The notes: generated from the sequence alone by a model not told the origin. A stretch of DNA of 64,000 nucleotides from Candidatus Bathyarchaeota archaeon (GCA_963733095.1 CAVTBV010000013.1:320001-384000); one strand, 5' to 3'. Shown: positions 18,273 through 28,605, numbered from the stretch's first letter. Program-made: numbers and translations.

Positions 18273-19622
18273 TTAGATGTCTACTCTTGCAGTTAACATT
18301 TCAAGGAAAGCTTCCACGCGGGTTTTCATCTGTCCTACGTCTTCCCTTGTATATTCGGTGTCAAGGTAGTATACTGGGATGTTTATTTTGTCTAGCGCTT
18401 TTTTAACGCGGGAGTATTCCATCGCGTATAGCATGCAGCCGCGAACCACGTAGTAGATGACACCTTGAACATTCCAGTCTTTGACTTTATTTAGGAGCCA
18501 GTTGATGCGGTCTTGATTGCCGTCTTTGCTGGTAAAACAAGGGCAAGTAGAAGCCATTAGATATCGCTCGCCAATCGCGTTTAGCATATCATCCATCGAC
18601 CATTCGTCGACGCCGACTGGGTCGTTGAGAATTCTCTCGCCCGAGCATAATTCGTCGGCAACGATAATTCCCAATGGATTACTTTCTTCAACTAGCGTGG
18701 GCAGTTTCCAGTTGTCAGGCCAGAACATCGGCGTGCCAGTTATCATAACTCTTGGAGTGTCCGGAGGACAAACCCACTCTTTCCGCTGCAACCTCTTCTC
18801 AAGCTCATCGCATAACGCCTCAGTTTTCTCTGTCCACCGCTTTTTGTCATCCCAAAGGAACGTTTGGTTAACAAGCATGGCGTCTCTGCCCATGATTACG
18901 GGTGGACCCTTTCGTAGTTCCTGTAGACGTCGGAACGCTTTGGTGGCTCTGTGGCTTGTTTCAATGGCTTCTTTTAGGTTTTTGCGTGTAATCTTGTTGC
19001 CTGTGAACTTCTCAATCTGGGACTTCATCTGTTTTATCTCATCGTTCCAGAAACGCAACGATTGTTTGGAATCCTTTATTCTGGGTACGTTCATGCCCCA
19101 AATGGTTTTGTAGTCGCTGAGGATTTCGCTAAGTTTAGTCATGCCATCGCAGGTTAATACGCTTATGAGAGCGTCGCTTTGTTCGAGGAAGGGTGAGAGT
19201 TCAATCATTTTAGCGCCAATGGTTGAACGGAGAACTGGACAGACTTCAACTGGAACAACTCTATCGCCGAGCTTTGATGTGTCATACCAACCTGAATTCA
19301 CACGGACAGGAATTGCATCGGCGGCTAAAATTAGTTCCGTAGGGGCAAATAGACACATGTAACCGATTACTTTTTTGCCCTTTTCTTTTTCTGCCTGAAT
19401 TTCTTCTTGGCGTTTGCCGAATAGGTTTGACATTTCGTCGAAGTACTTCATTGCTTCGGGTCTTTTAGGGTCAGCTTTTTTCATACGTTCGATGTTGTCA
19501 GCTATTACTTTTAGGGAAGCCGTTTTCATAGTGTTTTTGAGTTCATCCATTTCTTTTCGGGATACTTCAGGCATGTACCTTTTTCCAACGGTTTCGTTTG
19601 TCATTCTATTTTCCTCATTCAC
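18273..19622 (-). CDS. Double-cubane-cluster protein-like reductase (2-hydroxyacyl-CoA dehydratase/HgdB superfamily)
   Basis: GYMCLFAP.ELI.AA, VCP, TCDG, ELCSG, TCPC, RGC and terminal TEY..EDVGQMKTRVEAFLEML. Confidence 0.8.
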   Translation of the reverse strand: MNEENRMTNETVGKRYMPEVSRKEMDELKNTMKTASLKVIADNIERMKKADPKRPEAMKYFDEMSNLFGKRQEEIQAEKEKGKKVIGYMCLFAPTELILAADAIPVRVNSGWYDTSKLGDRVVPVEVCPVLRSTIGAKMIELSPFLEQSDALISVLTCDGMTKLSEILSDYKTIWGMNVPRIKDSKQSLRFWNDEIKQMKSQIEKFTGNKITRKNLKEAIETSHRATKAFRRLQELRKGPPVIMGRDAMLVNQTFLWDDKKRWTEKTEALCDELEKRLQRKEWVCPPDTPRVMITGTPMFWPDNWKLPTLVEESNPLGIIVADELCSGERILNDPVGVDEWSMDDMLNAIGERYLMASTCPCFTSKDGNQDRINWLLNKVKDWNVQGVIYYVVRGCMLYAMEYSRVKKALDKINIPVYYLDTEYTREDVGQMKTRVEAFLEMLTARVDI

Positions 19623-20598
19623 TCTTTGATTCTTCCAACCAATTTCTTGACTTGAACATTGTCTTGTTACCTAACTTTACTTTTAGTGTTCCTTCGTATG
19701 GGCACATTTCTACGCATCGTGCACATACCATGCATTGGGAGGTTTGTATTTTTCCGCCTTTCTGCTCGTACACTTCGTTAACTTGTACCGGGCAAACTCG
19801 TTTGCAGACGCCGCATTTTGTGCATTTTTCTTCTTCTTTGTTAATGTGAAGCAGTGGAGCCCACTTAAAACCCTTGAACCTGTTTAGAACTCCAAAGGAA
19901 GCTCCTGTTGGACAGAAACGGCACCAAACGCGGCGGACAAGGAAGGAGCCAACGAGGGTTAATCCGACGAATATGATGCTTATTATTTGACCGGGGTTTG
20001 TTCCTGCCCAGGTTATGATATCTTGTACATATGGGTAGCTGAAGTTAATTCCGTTTACAATAAGGGGTGCAGTTGTCCAGGATACGATTAACGGTATCAT
20101 GGGTGCTAATAGTATGCTGTATGGGCGGAATGGACCTGCCAAGAGTTGTGCTTCCAAAACGGCGAAATCGATGTTTGGCGGCGGCTCCAAAATCCACAAT
20201 GCTATTGGCAAGAAGAGGAAGAACAATAGTATTATGTAGCGTGATTTGTGGAGGGCTTTATTGAGTCGTTCAGGGATTATTCGGTGGCGTATTTTGAGGG
20301 CTTTTCTTAGCAAGCTTTCTAAATCCATGATGAAGGCGAATGGACATAGCCAGCCGCAGAAGAATCTGCCTATGAAAAGTGACATGACGAATAGGGTGAT
20401 TAACACGTATAGGAGTGGGATTGTGTAGGAGAATATGTAGAATATGCTGGCGAAGGCGACTGCTTGGATGACAAACCTGACAAAGGTGACGCGTGTGGCT
20501 AGATTCTTTTTCCAAATCAGAATAGCAATTATCCCTGCTATTCCAAGGCCAGCTAGCACAGTCAGCCTCAATGCATCTCCCAAGATTTGTAAACTCAT
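19615..20598 (-). CDS. Membrane 4Fe-4S protein (NapH/MauN-like)
   Basis: GRFFCGWLCP, RVWCRFCPTG, two C-terminal CxxCxxCxxxCP motifs, several TM helices. Confidence 0.9.
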   Translation of the reverse strand: MSLQILGDALRLTVLAGLGIAGIIAILIWKKNLATRVTFVRFVIQAVAFASIFYIFSYTIPLLYVLITLFVMSLFIGRFFCGWLCPFAFIMDLESLLRKALKIRHRIIPERLNKALHKSRYIILLFFLFLPIALWILEPPPNIDFAVLEAQLLAGPFRPYSILLAPMIPLIVSWTTAPLIVNGINFSYPYVQDIITWAGTNPGQIISIIFVGLTLVGSFLVRRVWCRFCPTGASFGVLNRFKGFKWAPLLHINKEEEKCTKCGVCKRVCPVQVNEVYEQKGGKIQTSQCMVCARCVEMCPYEGTLKVKLGNKTMFKSRNWLEESKSE

Positions 20599-20610
20599 AT
20601 TTTCTCCCCA

Positions 20611-21312
20611 TTACTGCAATTGAATTGCTGAACTTACTATTGTAATTATTCCAAGTGCTACCAACACAGTGGCGCCTGCTATTGAAATCCACATCCGAAA
20701 CAACGGCGCCTTGTTTAACAGCCAACCCGTAACCCCTCCCAACAAAAGAATGGGTGAAATGGCTGTTCCTAACCCGAACAAGACTGCGATTCCGACGCTG
20801 CCAAGCGGATTAGCGAAAGGCAACGAATAAATCAGAAGCGCAATCAATGGCGGGCAAACGATTAGTCCTCTGCTTAAACCCAAAGAAAAGGCGCCTACGT
20901 CAAACCCAAACCGCCCTATTTTCGGGGCTGCAATAATGCTTTTGGTGTCTTGTCCACTGCAGTCGCAGGGTTTTCGAGCTTTAAGAAAGATGCTTACCCC
21001 AATAACTATCGTTACTATCCCGAAGGCAAACGACGAATAAACTTGGAAGGGTGAAATCGCCGTGTCTGAAACAAATAACCTGAACAACCCGCTAAACAAC
21101 CCTATCAACCCGCCTATCAAAGCGTAAGCGAGAACTCTTCCGGAATTAAAAATCAACGTTATCTTGACGCCTTTGCCGAACCCGGCGCCCACGCCTGCGA
21201 TGTAACCGGTCACTATCGGAAGGCACGACGCGGTACAAACAACCAATCCGTACAGCAAGCCGCCTGAAAACGCTCCAAGATACGGATTAGATATGTCAGG
21301 TATCAACGACAT
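20611..21312 (-). CDS. DsbD_2/TauE-SafE-like six-TM protein
   Basis: CTASCLP, FNSGRVLAY, IVCPP, LFGLGT. Confidence 0.85.
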   Translation of the reverse strand: MSLIPDISNPYLGAFSGGLLYGLVVCTASCLPIVTGYIAGVGAGFGKGVKITLIFNSGRVLAYALIGGLIGLFSGLFRLFVSDTAISPFQVYSSFAFGIVTIVIGVSIFLKARKPCDCSGQDTKSIIAAPKIGRFGFDVGAFSLGLSRGLIVCPPLIALLIYSLPFANPLGSVGIAVLFGLGTAISPILLLGGVTGWLLNKAPLFRMWISIAGATVLVALGIITIVSSAIQLQ

Positions 21313-21432
21313 GCTATGGTCTCGTTGGAAGTTTATTGTAGCAAATAACAGGGGAAAGAATTTAAATCTTACATAAATTTGGGCTAACGCTCAAGTTTGG
21401 CTACGTTAGCTGTTCCTAAAAAAGGAAGATGG

Positions 21433-23661
21433 TTATGGCGCTGGTATTACGCGCGTATTGTATTCTTGGATGTATGCTAAGTGTGCTGCGTCGTAGTGGT
21501 AGGTTTCATTTGCTGGGTAGGGGAATCCGGTCATAGCCATGAAAGGCATCGGGTTTACGGTAAAGTTAAATCCGTAACCCCAGGCTCCTGGCGGGTCCTT
21601 AAACCAGCAGGCTACAACAAAGAAGTAGTCGCGTACCATTCCTGGTGCTGGGTCAGTGAGGTTGGTGGTTGAAAATTGCATGTCGACTTGGTCGCCTTGT
21701 CTTCCAATCACGAACATGTCATCAGCGCTTTGCACGAGCGGGGTTACGTCGCCGTATCGTGTGAAAGCTCCGGAAGCGTTAGAGGAAGTATCCCACATTT
21801 GACTAAGAGTTGCTGAGGTCGGCGTAAGTGTTGTTATGGTAGTGGGTTGATCTATAGACGTGTCAATTCCGATGTAGTCATAAGTTACGTTCCAGAAGTT
21901 GGTGAACCTGACTTGATAATCGCGCACATCTGCTGGGAACAGTCCTGTTAAGTCAACCGTAAAGGTTCGGGCATTGTAGTCTGAGGGCAAAGGTATTTGT
22001 CTATTCTGAGGCGCTGGAATCCAGTTGCCGTTTGCATCTTTGATTTCCATAGTGGGTGCAGGCATTATCTGATTTGTGCCGTTTGGGATAAGTCCTTGTG
22101 CCGCTGCATCTTGGAATTGGCTTATCCAAGCATAATACGCGTCTGCAGCGCCCCAGTCAACCATCCCAGTGATTACAAGTTTTATCTCTGGAGCAACTGA
22201 CAGGTTGCCTAAGTCTAAAGTTAGTTGATTTTGAGTTATGTTATTCCATGTGCTATCGTCACCGTTGATGCCAGGTGTAAAAACTCCGTCTTTCTGCATG
22301 ATTTGAGGTAGAACGTTTTGACCTTGCTCGTTTGTGGCACTAACAGGTGACAGGAGGTTGCTGCTGTTTACTGTGTAGATTTGGCCTGTTGATCCTTTGT
22401 TGAGGTAGTTGGTCATGGATGTGTAGGCGTCGGTTCCGTTTTGGTGGTCAACAACCATCAAGTAGGCTGAATCCAAATAGAAGAGTTCGTCCCATTGCTG
22501 GGCAAGAGTCATGTCAAAGTAGCCGTTGTTAGATGCCACCAAGTTCCCGTCGAGTTTCACGTAGTCCCAAGGGTTTCCTCCACTGTTCACGATGTTGCCG
22601 TTCGAATCCATGGAGCCGACGTATCCAAGCCAACCGGGGTTTGAAACGTCAGTTACATAAGAGTATCCGGTGCCGTTCCAAACATACAGGGAAGGACACG
22701 ACGCGTACCCGCTGATTAACGTATAAGTAACTACCAGAATTAGGCGGCTTTCCAAATCGATGGTTCTCGACGGGTTTGTGTTTCCGTCGTTCCAATATGA
22801 AAATTCCAGCACTCCTGTTCCAACATTGAATGGGTTAGGCATCGATATGCTGTATTGTCCGACGGGCAGCAATTTTTGGTAGACTGTCTGGACATTTTCG
22901 CCATTTATGGTGAAGGTTAAGGCTTTGGAGCCGCCGCCTGACCGGTTGATGATGAGTGTGTGGTAGCCTGTCTGGACTACAACAAATGAACCCGTAAGTG
23001 TGTTGAGTTTAGCTGAATGTTTTCCTTCTGTTACATCGGATGCATTAACCGTGATTTGTACAGTTTGTTTTGCTCCCGCATCTAACGAGATAACTTGGGT
23101 GCCCACGATTACATCATCGATCATTGCTTTCACCGTTAACTTGTCAGGTTGATCTGATGGGTTCACTGCGTTAGCGGTAAAGGTTATGTTGTCGTAAGCC
23201 CAAATTTCGTAGGGGTCACTGATAAAGTTTGACAAAATAATTTTGCTTGATTCTGGCGGAGCGGGATTAAGGGTGAATGATCCAGTTAAATCGCCGATTT
23301 TAACGGTGTAAGTCCCTTCCACAAGTTCAATGTCGGTAAACTCTACGAGTTGTGATGAATTGCCTGCCAGCGTCACGTTCATCGTGTCTTTTACGGCATC
23401 GTTGATTTCAAGGTTTATTGTTTGGTTGCCTTCTAAGTCGCCTATATTTGTTAAGTTGACTGAAATTTGAATTGCTTCGCCCACGTAGGCTTCAGGCGGG
23501 GTTATAGAAAGATCTGTGAGGGTAAACTTTGCGGGCTTAGATCCGGTTGCAAGAGCCCCTTGGTCTTGAAGATAAAAATAGACCCCTGCGGCTGCACCGA
23601 TAATGAGCACATCAATTATTAGAATTGCTTTAAGTTTAACTAAGGCTGAGCGAGACAACAT
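21433..23661 (-). CDS. Large membrane-anchored extracellular protein with Ig-like (CARDB) repeats and an SCP-initiated C-terminal domain
   Basis: N-terminal TM; ISVNLTNIGDLEG Ig pattern; ASCPSLYVWNGTGYSYVTD; FTRYGDVTPL..DDMFVI..GD; YNTR. Confidence 0.85.
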   Translation of the reverse strand: MLSRSALVKLKAILIIDVLIIGAAAGVYFYLQDQGALATGSKPAKFTLTDLSITPPEAYVGEAIQISVNLTNIGDLEGNQTINLEINDAVKDTMNVTLAGNSSQLVEFTDIELVEGTYTVKIGDLTGSFTLNPAPPESSKIILSNFISDPYEIWAYDNITFTANAVNPSDQPDKLTVKAMIDDVIVGTQVISLDAGAKQTVQITVNASDVTEGKHSAKLNTLTGSFVVVQTGYHTLIINRSGGGSKALTFTINGENVQTVYQKLLPVGQYSISMPNPFNVGTGVLEFSYWNDGNTNPSRTIDLESRLILVVTYTLISGYASCPSLYVWNGTGYSYVTDVSNPGWLGYVGSMDSNGNIVNSGGNPWDYVKLDGNLVASNNGYFDMTLAQQWDELFYLDSAYLMVVDHQNGTDAYTSMTNYLNKGSTGQIYTVNSSNLLSPVSATNEQGQNVLPQIMQKDGVFTPGINGDDSTWNNITQNQLTLDLGNLSVAPEIKLVITGMVDWGAADAYYAWISQFQDAAAQGLIPNGTNQIMPAPTMEIKDANGNWIPAPQNRQIPLPSDYNARTFTVDLTGLFPADVRDYQVRFTNFWNVTYDYIGIDTSIDQPTTITTLTPTSATLSQMWDTSSNASGAFTRYGDVTPLVQSADDMFVIGRQGDQVDMQFSTTNLTDPAPGMVRDYFFVVACWFKDPPGAWGYGFNFTVNPMPFMAMTGFPYPANETYHYDAAHLAYIQEYNTRVIPAP

Positions 23662-23917
23662 TAAACTCTACACCCTAAATTTTCCTACCATAATAAACAA
23701 GGATGAAGATTAAAGCTTTGCGCGGAAAAGCTTTCAGAGAAAAAACTGTTAACTCAAACAGTTTTCGGTGTTTGCGGCTTGGAAAAGCGGTGATTAACTG
23801 TATCTGCAAAGAATTAGGCGTTTACTTGTTGCTGTATTGGCACAATCACAAAGTTAAATATAACAATTTTTGGTTACTTTGAAACAAGCAAGCATGCTAT
23901 ATTTTGGAGAAATAAAA

Positions 23918-24661
23918 ATGAAATCAAAAAAAATATTTGCTTTGACTCTGCTAACTTCACTATTAGTTTTCGCAGCGCTAAGTGCAATGAGCGTTCAAGC
24001 ACAATCTACTGCCACAGTCACAGTTTTGCAATCCATAGGCGGAACAACTGATCCCTCTGGAACTACTACCCCTGCTGACGGCACACAAGTAACATTCAAA
24101 GCGACCCCAGACGATGTCGATGTTTTCCAATACTGGGTAATAACAACTGACGCAGGATCCAGCGTAAATACCGAAAACCCCTTTACAATTCCAGTTGTTG
24201 GAGGAACCACTTACACTGTGCAAGCAGTCTTCCAACCATTGTTACCACCCCCAGGAGTTACAATTCTTCCAACTAACATGGCGACAGCAGCAATAGTCGT
24301 GGTCTTAGCTGGCGCAGGAGGAACAACAACCCCCACCCCAGGCACTTACGCTTTAGCCGATGCAACAGCACTTGATCTAACAGCCACCCCAGACAGCGGA
24401 TGGACATTCTCACACTGGGTTATTTACGGACCAAACCTAAGCCATGGTGGTTACCCCTTCACCGCAACCCCAACAGATAACCCCTACAACGTTAACCACG
24501 GCTATGGAAACACATTCAGCTACCAACCAGTATTTACTCCCGAAGGCACAACTGAACCAACCCCAACAGTGCCCGAATTTTCTGCTTTAGCTACGATTGC
24601 CATAGCTTTGGTTCTCGTAGCGATTGCATTCGGAACAATTGCGTATAGACGCAAAAAATAA
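23918..24661 (+). CDS. Secreted two-repeat beta-sandwich protein with PEF-CTERM sorting signal
   Basis: Signal peptide; two GGTT.P..G..ATP....F..W repeats; VPEF-TM-RRKK tail. Confidence 0.85.
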   Translation: MKSKKIFALTLLTSLLVFAALSAMSVQAQSTATVTVLQSIGGTTDPSGTTTPADGTQVTFKATPDDVDVFQYWVITTDAGSSVNTENPFTIPVVGGTTYTVQAVFQPLLPPPGVTILPTNMATAAIVVVLAGAGGTTTPTPGTYALADATALDLTATPDSGWTFSHWVIYGPNLSHGGYPFTATPTDNPYNVNHGYGNTFSYQPVFTPEGTTEPTPTVPEFSALATIAIALVLVAIAFGTIAYRRKK

Positions 24662-24860
24662 AATAATCCCTTTTTATTTTTTTATTTTAGCTATACTTAT
24701 TTTTTTTAGCTATATTTTACTTAATCTCCCTCTTGGGTACCTTCTATAAGCAAATTTTTTGCATTAATTTTTGGGCAGTTCGAAATCTGCTTTTTGACGT
24801 TATCAGCTGCAAAAAATGCATTAGACACCGTGTTTTTAGGGTCAAATTTTGCTTTTGATT

Positions 24861-26231
24861 TTAGGGGCATTCAGGCTCCATATGAACCGTAACCACAGCG
24901 TTGGCAAAGCGCTCTTTAATTTCCTTCTCAATCTGTGAGGCTATCCTATGCGCATCCTTCACCTGAACCTTTTTGGTGAAGCAACAGTCAATGTTGATGT
25001 AACGTTTGTCACCTCCGGTGTAAGTTATAACTCTCTTAATTCGCAGATCACTTGCAATGTTTTTTGCAACATCGTTTACGACTTTTCTTAGTTGCGCCTC
25101 ACTTACCTCTTGAGCGGGAATAGCCACTCCTGCAGGTTCAACATGCACAGTGACGTTTTCAAGTGACTTAATCTCAGCATGCATTCTGTCTTCTATGTTT
25201 TCAGCGATTTTATGAGACTCTTCCACCGATAACTCAGGGTTAACATATGCATGTAGCGTAATGTACAGTTTGCCCCCGACGTAGATTGTTGAGATTTCAT
25301 GTACTTCTTTTACGCCGTCCACTGTTGCCAACTTTTCCACTAACTGGTCCATTTTTCTCTCTTTATCTGAGGGTTCAATGTGAATGGTTGCGTCCACGTT
25401 AACAAAGTAGCCTTTTAAGCAGGTTTCAATCTTTGAGGCTAACGAGTGCGCCTCTTCTAAACTCATGAGACTTGGAACTTGAACCGAGGCTTCAACAAAT
25501 ATCTTCGAACTTACCTTGCGCACTTTCAGGTTTTCGGTTTTTACCACGCCTTCACATGAGAGAATAGCTTTTCTTGTCTTTTCTACAAGGTCCTTTGACG
25601 CAGAGTCGCTTAGCTCCATCACACTGAACTTTACAAGTTTAAAGCTCAAGTAGGTAAGCATGGCTCCAAGGAAGATTGATGCAAAAGCGTCTGCTCCTGT
25701 AAAGCCAGCTAAAGCCAAGCCAAAACCTATGAGGGCAATTACAGTTGAACCTAAATCTGAAACAGCATCATAAAAACCTGCTTTCATAGATGCGCTTTGA
25801 ACATGCTGGAAACTCTTGAAAACGGTAACTCGTAACGAAGCAATGAAAATTGCATAGCCTATTGCTACGAAACCTGAGAATTCTATACCTCCATTAAGCT
25901 GTGGGGGACTTGCAAGGCGCATCACAGCTTCATAGAAAATTAAGAGTGCAACAGCAATCAACACAATACCCCCAATCAATCCGCCTATAGTCTCAAACTT
26001 TTCATGACCGTAAGTGTGCTCTTCGTCGGCGGGCTTCATTGCAGCTCGAACCGCAAAGAACAACATAACACTCGATAATGCATCTAGCAGGGCATGTAAG
26101 CCGTCACTCATTATCGCTAAGCTGTTAACCAAAAAACCTACCGTAACCTCGACTAATACAACACTAAAGATTGCAACAGCTGAAATCTTAAGTGCCTTAA
26201 GCTTGTTTTTTCCATCGAGTTGAACTTGCAT
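24861..26231 (-). CDS. Cation diffusion facilitator with three tandem C-terminal domains
   Basis: SDGLHALLD, HTYGHEKFE; three AH/SH..A..IE...H(I/V/M)EP repeats. Confidence 0.92.
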   Translation of the reverse strand: MQVQLDGKNKLKALKISAVAIFSVVLVEVTVGFLVNSLAIMSDGLHALLDALSSVMLFFAVRAAMKPADEEHTYGHEKFETIGGLIGGIVLIAVALLIFYEAVMRLASPPQLNGGIEFSGFVAIGYAIFIASLRVTVFKSFQHVQSASMKAGFYDAVSDLGSTVIALIGFGLALAGFTGADAFASIFLGAMLTYLSFKLVKFSVMELSDSASKDLVEKTRKAILSCEGVVKTENLKVRKVSSKIFVEASVQVPSLMSLEEAHSLASKIETCLKGYFVNVDATIHIEPSDKERKMDQLVEKLATVDGVKEVHEISTIYVGGKLYITLHAYVNPELSVEESHKIAENIEDRMHAEIKSLENVTVHVEPAGVAIPAQEVSEAQLRKVVNDVAKNIASDLRIKRVITYTGGDKRYINIDCCFTKKVQVKDAHRIASQIEKEIKERFANAVVTVHMEPECP

Positions 26232-26414
26232 TTTGCTATTCTAATTATTGCTCTCTGCAAGGGCGATTTAAGAATTGTGGGCTTAAATGCGCCAATTGAC
26301 TTTAAAAGAAGAATTTTTTAAAATTTTGCTCTTAATTTAAATAAATTGTATGTTTCGGGTGACAATCACCCACGCAATCCCTTTTTCTTTTTTTGGAGGC
26401 TTCTTAGTTGTCTA

Positions 26415-26518
26415 GTGAGGCGGAGTTTACGGTTTAAGGTTTTAAGCGGCGTAAACGTGAACACCGCGCCGACAAAGGAAAAAAACACAACTATCCAGAG
26501 CAAAGAGCAGCGCCTTAC
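26415..26518 (+). ncRNA. Candidate structured RNA upstream of family copy A
   Basis: gtgaggcg/cgccttac closing stem; inner gtttacg/cgtaaac; also contains ccagagc. Confidence 0.35.
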
Positions 26519-26605
26519 ACCTACTGCAAGCGGCGATTAGGGAAGCGGAACGATAAGAAACAAATTCCTATTTACTATTTTATTTAGCGTGTTACTCTGC
26601 GGAAA

Positions 26606-26736
26606 GGGTTTGGTGAGGCTCTGGCTCATTCTTCAGGAAGAAGGGAGAAGAAACAATAGACGCAAATCTCACTCACAGACCCAATCAGTATTGTGAGTTT
26701 GAACCAGAGCCTCAAATATTCTACCTGTTCTTTTTT
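26606..26736 (+). ncRNA. Structured RNA family copy A
   Basis: tgaggctctgg (26614-26624) / ccagagcctca (26704-26714); inner hairpins ttcttc/gaagaa and actcaca/tgtgagt; TATA-like tttattta upstream, T-run downstream; homologous to copies B and C. Confidence 0.6.
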
Positions 26737-26940
26737 CTTAAACATTTGTGGTTGCATTCTAACAGCAACAAACTATCTAGCGCGCGGCTAAGTTTTGCTT
26801 AGGGATATGGGAATTTAGGTTTAAACCCTAATCTTGGGGAATAGGTATCAGGTTAACTCAATGATGGATGATACACCGCAACAAAAAGACAGTCAAGCCC
26901 AAAACCCAACGGCGACTTTATCTTTAGTCAAAAGTGTATT

Positions 26941-27270
26941 TCTGTAACCTCAGCCTTTAGAACGACACGCAAAAACTTTGCCACCAAAATGCAGAACCCA
27001 AGACTTCTAAAAATCCATTTCCTCACTCTAAGACATTGGCTAGCAAGACGGGAATATGAAATAACAGGTAACATTTACGCTGTCAAATACCTACTAGGTC
27101 ACAAATCTATAACCAATACTGACTTCTACCAACATAGCTGCTACGTTTGTGACGACTACATAGTTAAAAGACCTAAGACCACCGAAGAAGATTCACTGAT
27201 TATCTCAGGTTTTGAATTTGTGCGGTTTGACGAAAGAGAGCAAGTGCCAATCTACAGGAAAAGGAAGTAG
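26941..27270 (+). pseudogene. Tyrosine recombinase/integrase C-terminal remnant
   Basis: KMQNPRLLKIHFLTLRHW..LLGHKSITNTDFY; HxxR His replaced by Leu; N-terminal domains absent. Confidence 0.8.
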
Positions 27271-27344
27271 CCATGACCCAAAAACATACGAGAATAATTA
27301 AAATTAGTCAGAATTTAAATAATTCTTAACTGATTTTATGCACA

Positions 27345-28589
27345 ATGAAGTTGTCAGCGCTTTTCCGTGGAGACTCGGCAGTTCTAAGAGGCAACTTTCT
27401 ACTTATCACCGTAAGCTGGATAATTCTGTTTTCCGCACAACCAATTCCAGATACATACGCAAGCCTTTTTTACCTGCATTTAGGCGCTGACACGTTTATG
27501 CTATCAATCATTGGCTTTGCAGGCTCGATAGCTGTTGCACTTGTCCAGTTTCCCGGCGGCTACTTAGCAGATAAACATGGCAGAAGAGGGCTAATAGTTA
27601 CAATGACTTTTGGGTTAGCCATCGGCAGCTTATTCTTCATTTTTGCGCCCTCATGGCAATTCATCCTAATAGGGCTGCTTATACAGAACGTTTGTTCCAT
27701 TTATGGTCCAGCCTTGATGTCTATGGTTATTGATTCGTTGCCACCGCAAAATCGAGGCGCAGGTTTTAGTTTTCAATCCGTAGTGACAACGCTTGTTTTG
27801 TTGCCTGCTCCCCTTATCGCACAGTATTTGGTTGCTACTTTCCATTTCGATTTAGGCATGCGCATAGCCTACACCATAGTAGCTGCCGCATATTTTACAA
27901 TAGCCATCCTAAGACTAAGGTTAAAAGAAACATTACCCCCGACCGAAAAAAGTGAAAAACCCAGTTTCATCAACGCCTTACGTTTCTATTCTAAATCGGT
28001 AAAAGAAGGCATCTACGTTTGGCGGAAAGTTCCCAAATCAGCTTTCAATCTTTTCTTAGCCATCATAATCATAAACGGGTTGGTGGTTAGTTGCCAAACC
28101 TACTTTGTTGTTTATGCTACTTCAATTCTGAAAATTTCTTTGGAACAATGGGCAATCGTTGTCGCGTTTAGATACTTCAGCATTGCAATTCCCGGCATAC
28201 TTGCGGGGTTAAGCATGGATGTGATGGGCAGAAAACGCTTTCTTATACTGGGTTATTTACTGTACGTTCCTGGCATGCTTCTATTTATCAACGCTAATTT
28301 TAACATGTTGTTGATGTCCTCTTTCTTCTTCGGTTTGGGAAATTTGCTGCAACTGAACAGTTACACAGTTTTAATGGGTGATTTGGTTCCCAGAGGCCTA
28401 AGAGGAACAGTCACGGGTTGCCTGCAGTTTTTCATGTTTCTAATGCAAGCAATTCTGCAGATTTTTGTGGGTTTGCTCTACGCTTTTGTTTTTCCTCAAC
28501 TTCCCTTCCTTCTTTTGGCTGTAACAGCAATCCCTCTCTCAATGTTTATTTTCTGGAAAGTTTACGAGCCCAGCATAAAAGAAGAATGA
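27345..28589 (+). CDS. MFS transporter
   Basis: GYLADKHGRR and DVMGRKR motifs; about 12 TM helices. Confidence 0.93.
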   Translation: MKLSALFRGDSAVLRGNFLLITVSWIILFSAQPIPDTYASLFYLHLGADTFMLSIIGFAGSIAVALVQFPGGYLADKHGRRGLIVTMTFGLAIGSLFFIFAPSWQFILIGLLIQNVCSIYGPALMSMVIDSLPPQNRGAGFSFQSVVTTLVLLPAPLIAQYLVATFHFDLGMRIAYTIVAAAYFTIAILRLRLKETLPPTEKSEKPSFINALRFYSKSVKEGIYVWRKVPKSAFNLFLAIIIINGLVVSCQTYFVVYATSILKISLEQWAIVVAFRYFSIAIPGILAGLSMDVMGRKRFLILGYLLYVPGMLLFINANFNMLLMSSFFFGLGNLLQLNSYTVLMGDLVPRGLRGTVTGCLQFFMFLMQAILQIFVGLLYAFVFPQLPFLLLAVTAIPLSMFIFWKVYEPSIKEE

Positions 28590-28605
28590 TGTGGAGTTAA
28601 TTTAC

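Noticed and set aside
22598-22612. GTTCGAATCC T-loop-like sequence
   Set aside because: Inside a coding gene and no cloverleaf can be formed around it.
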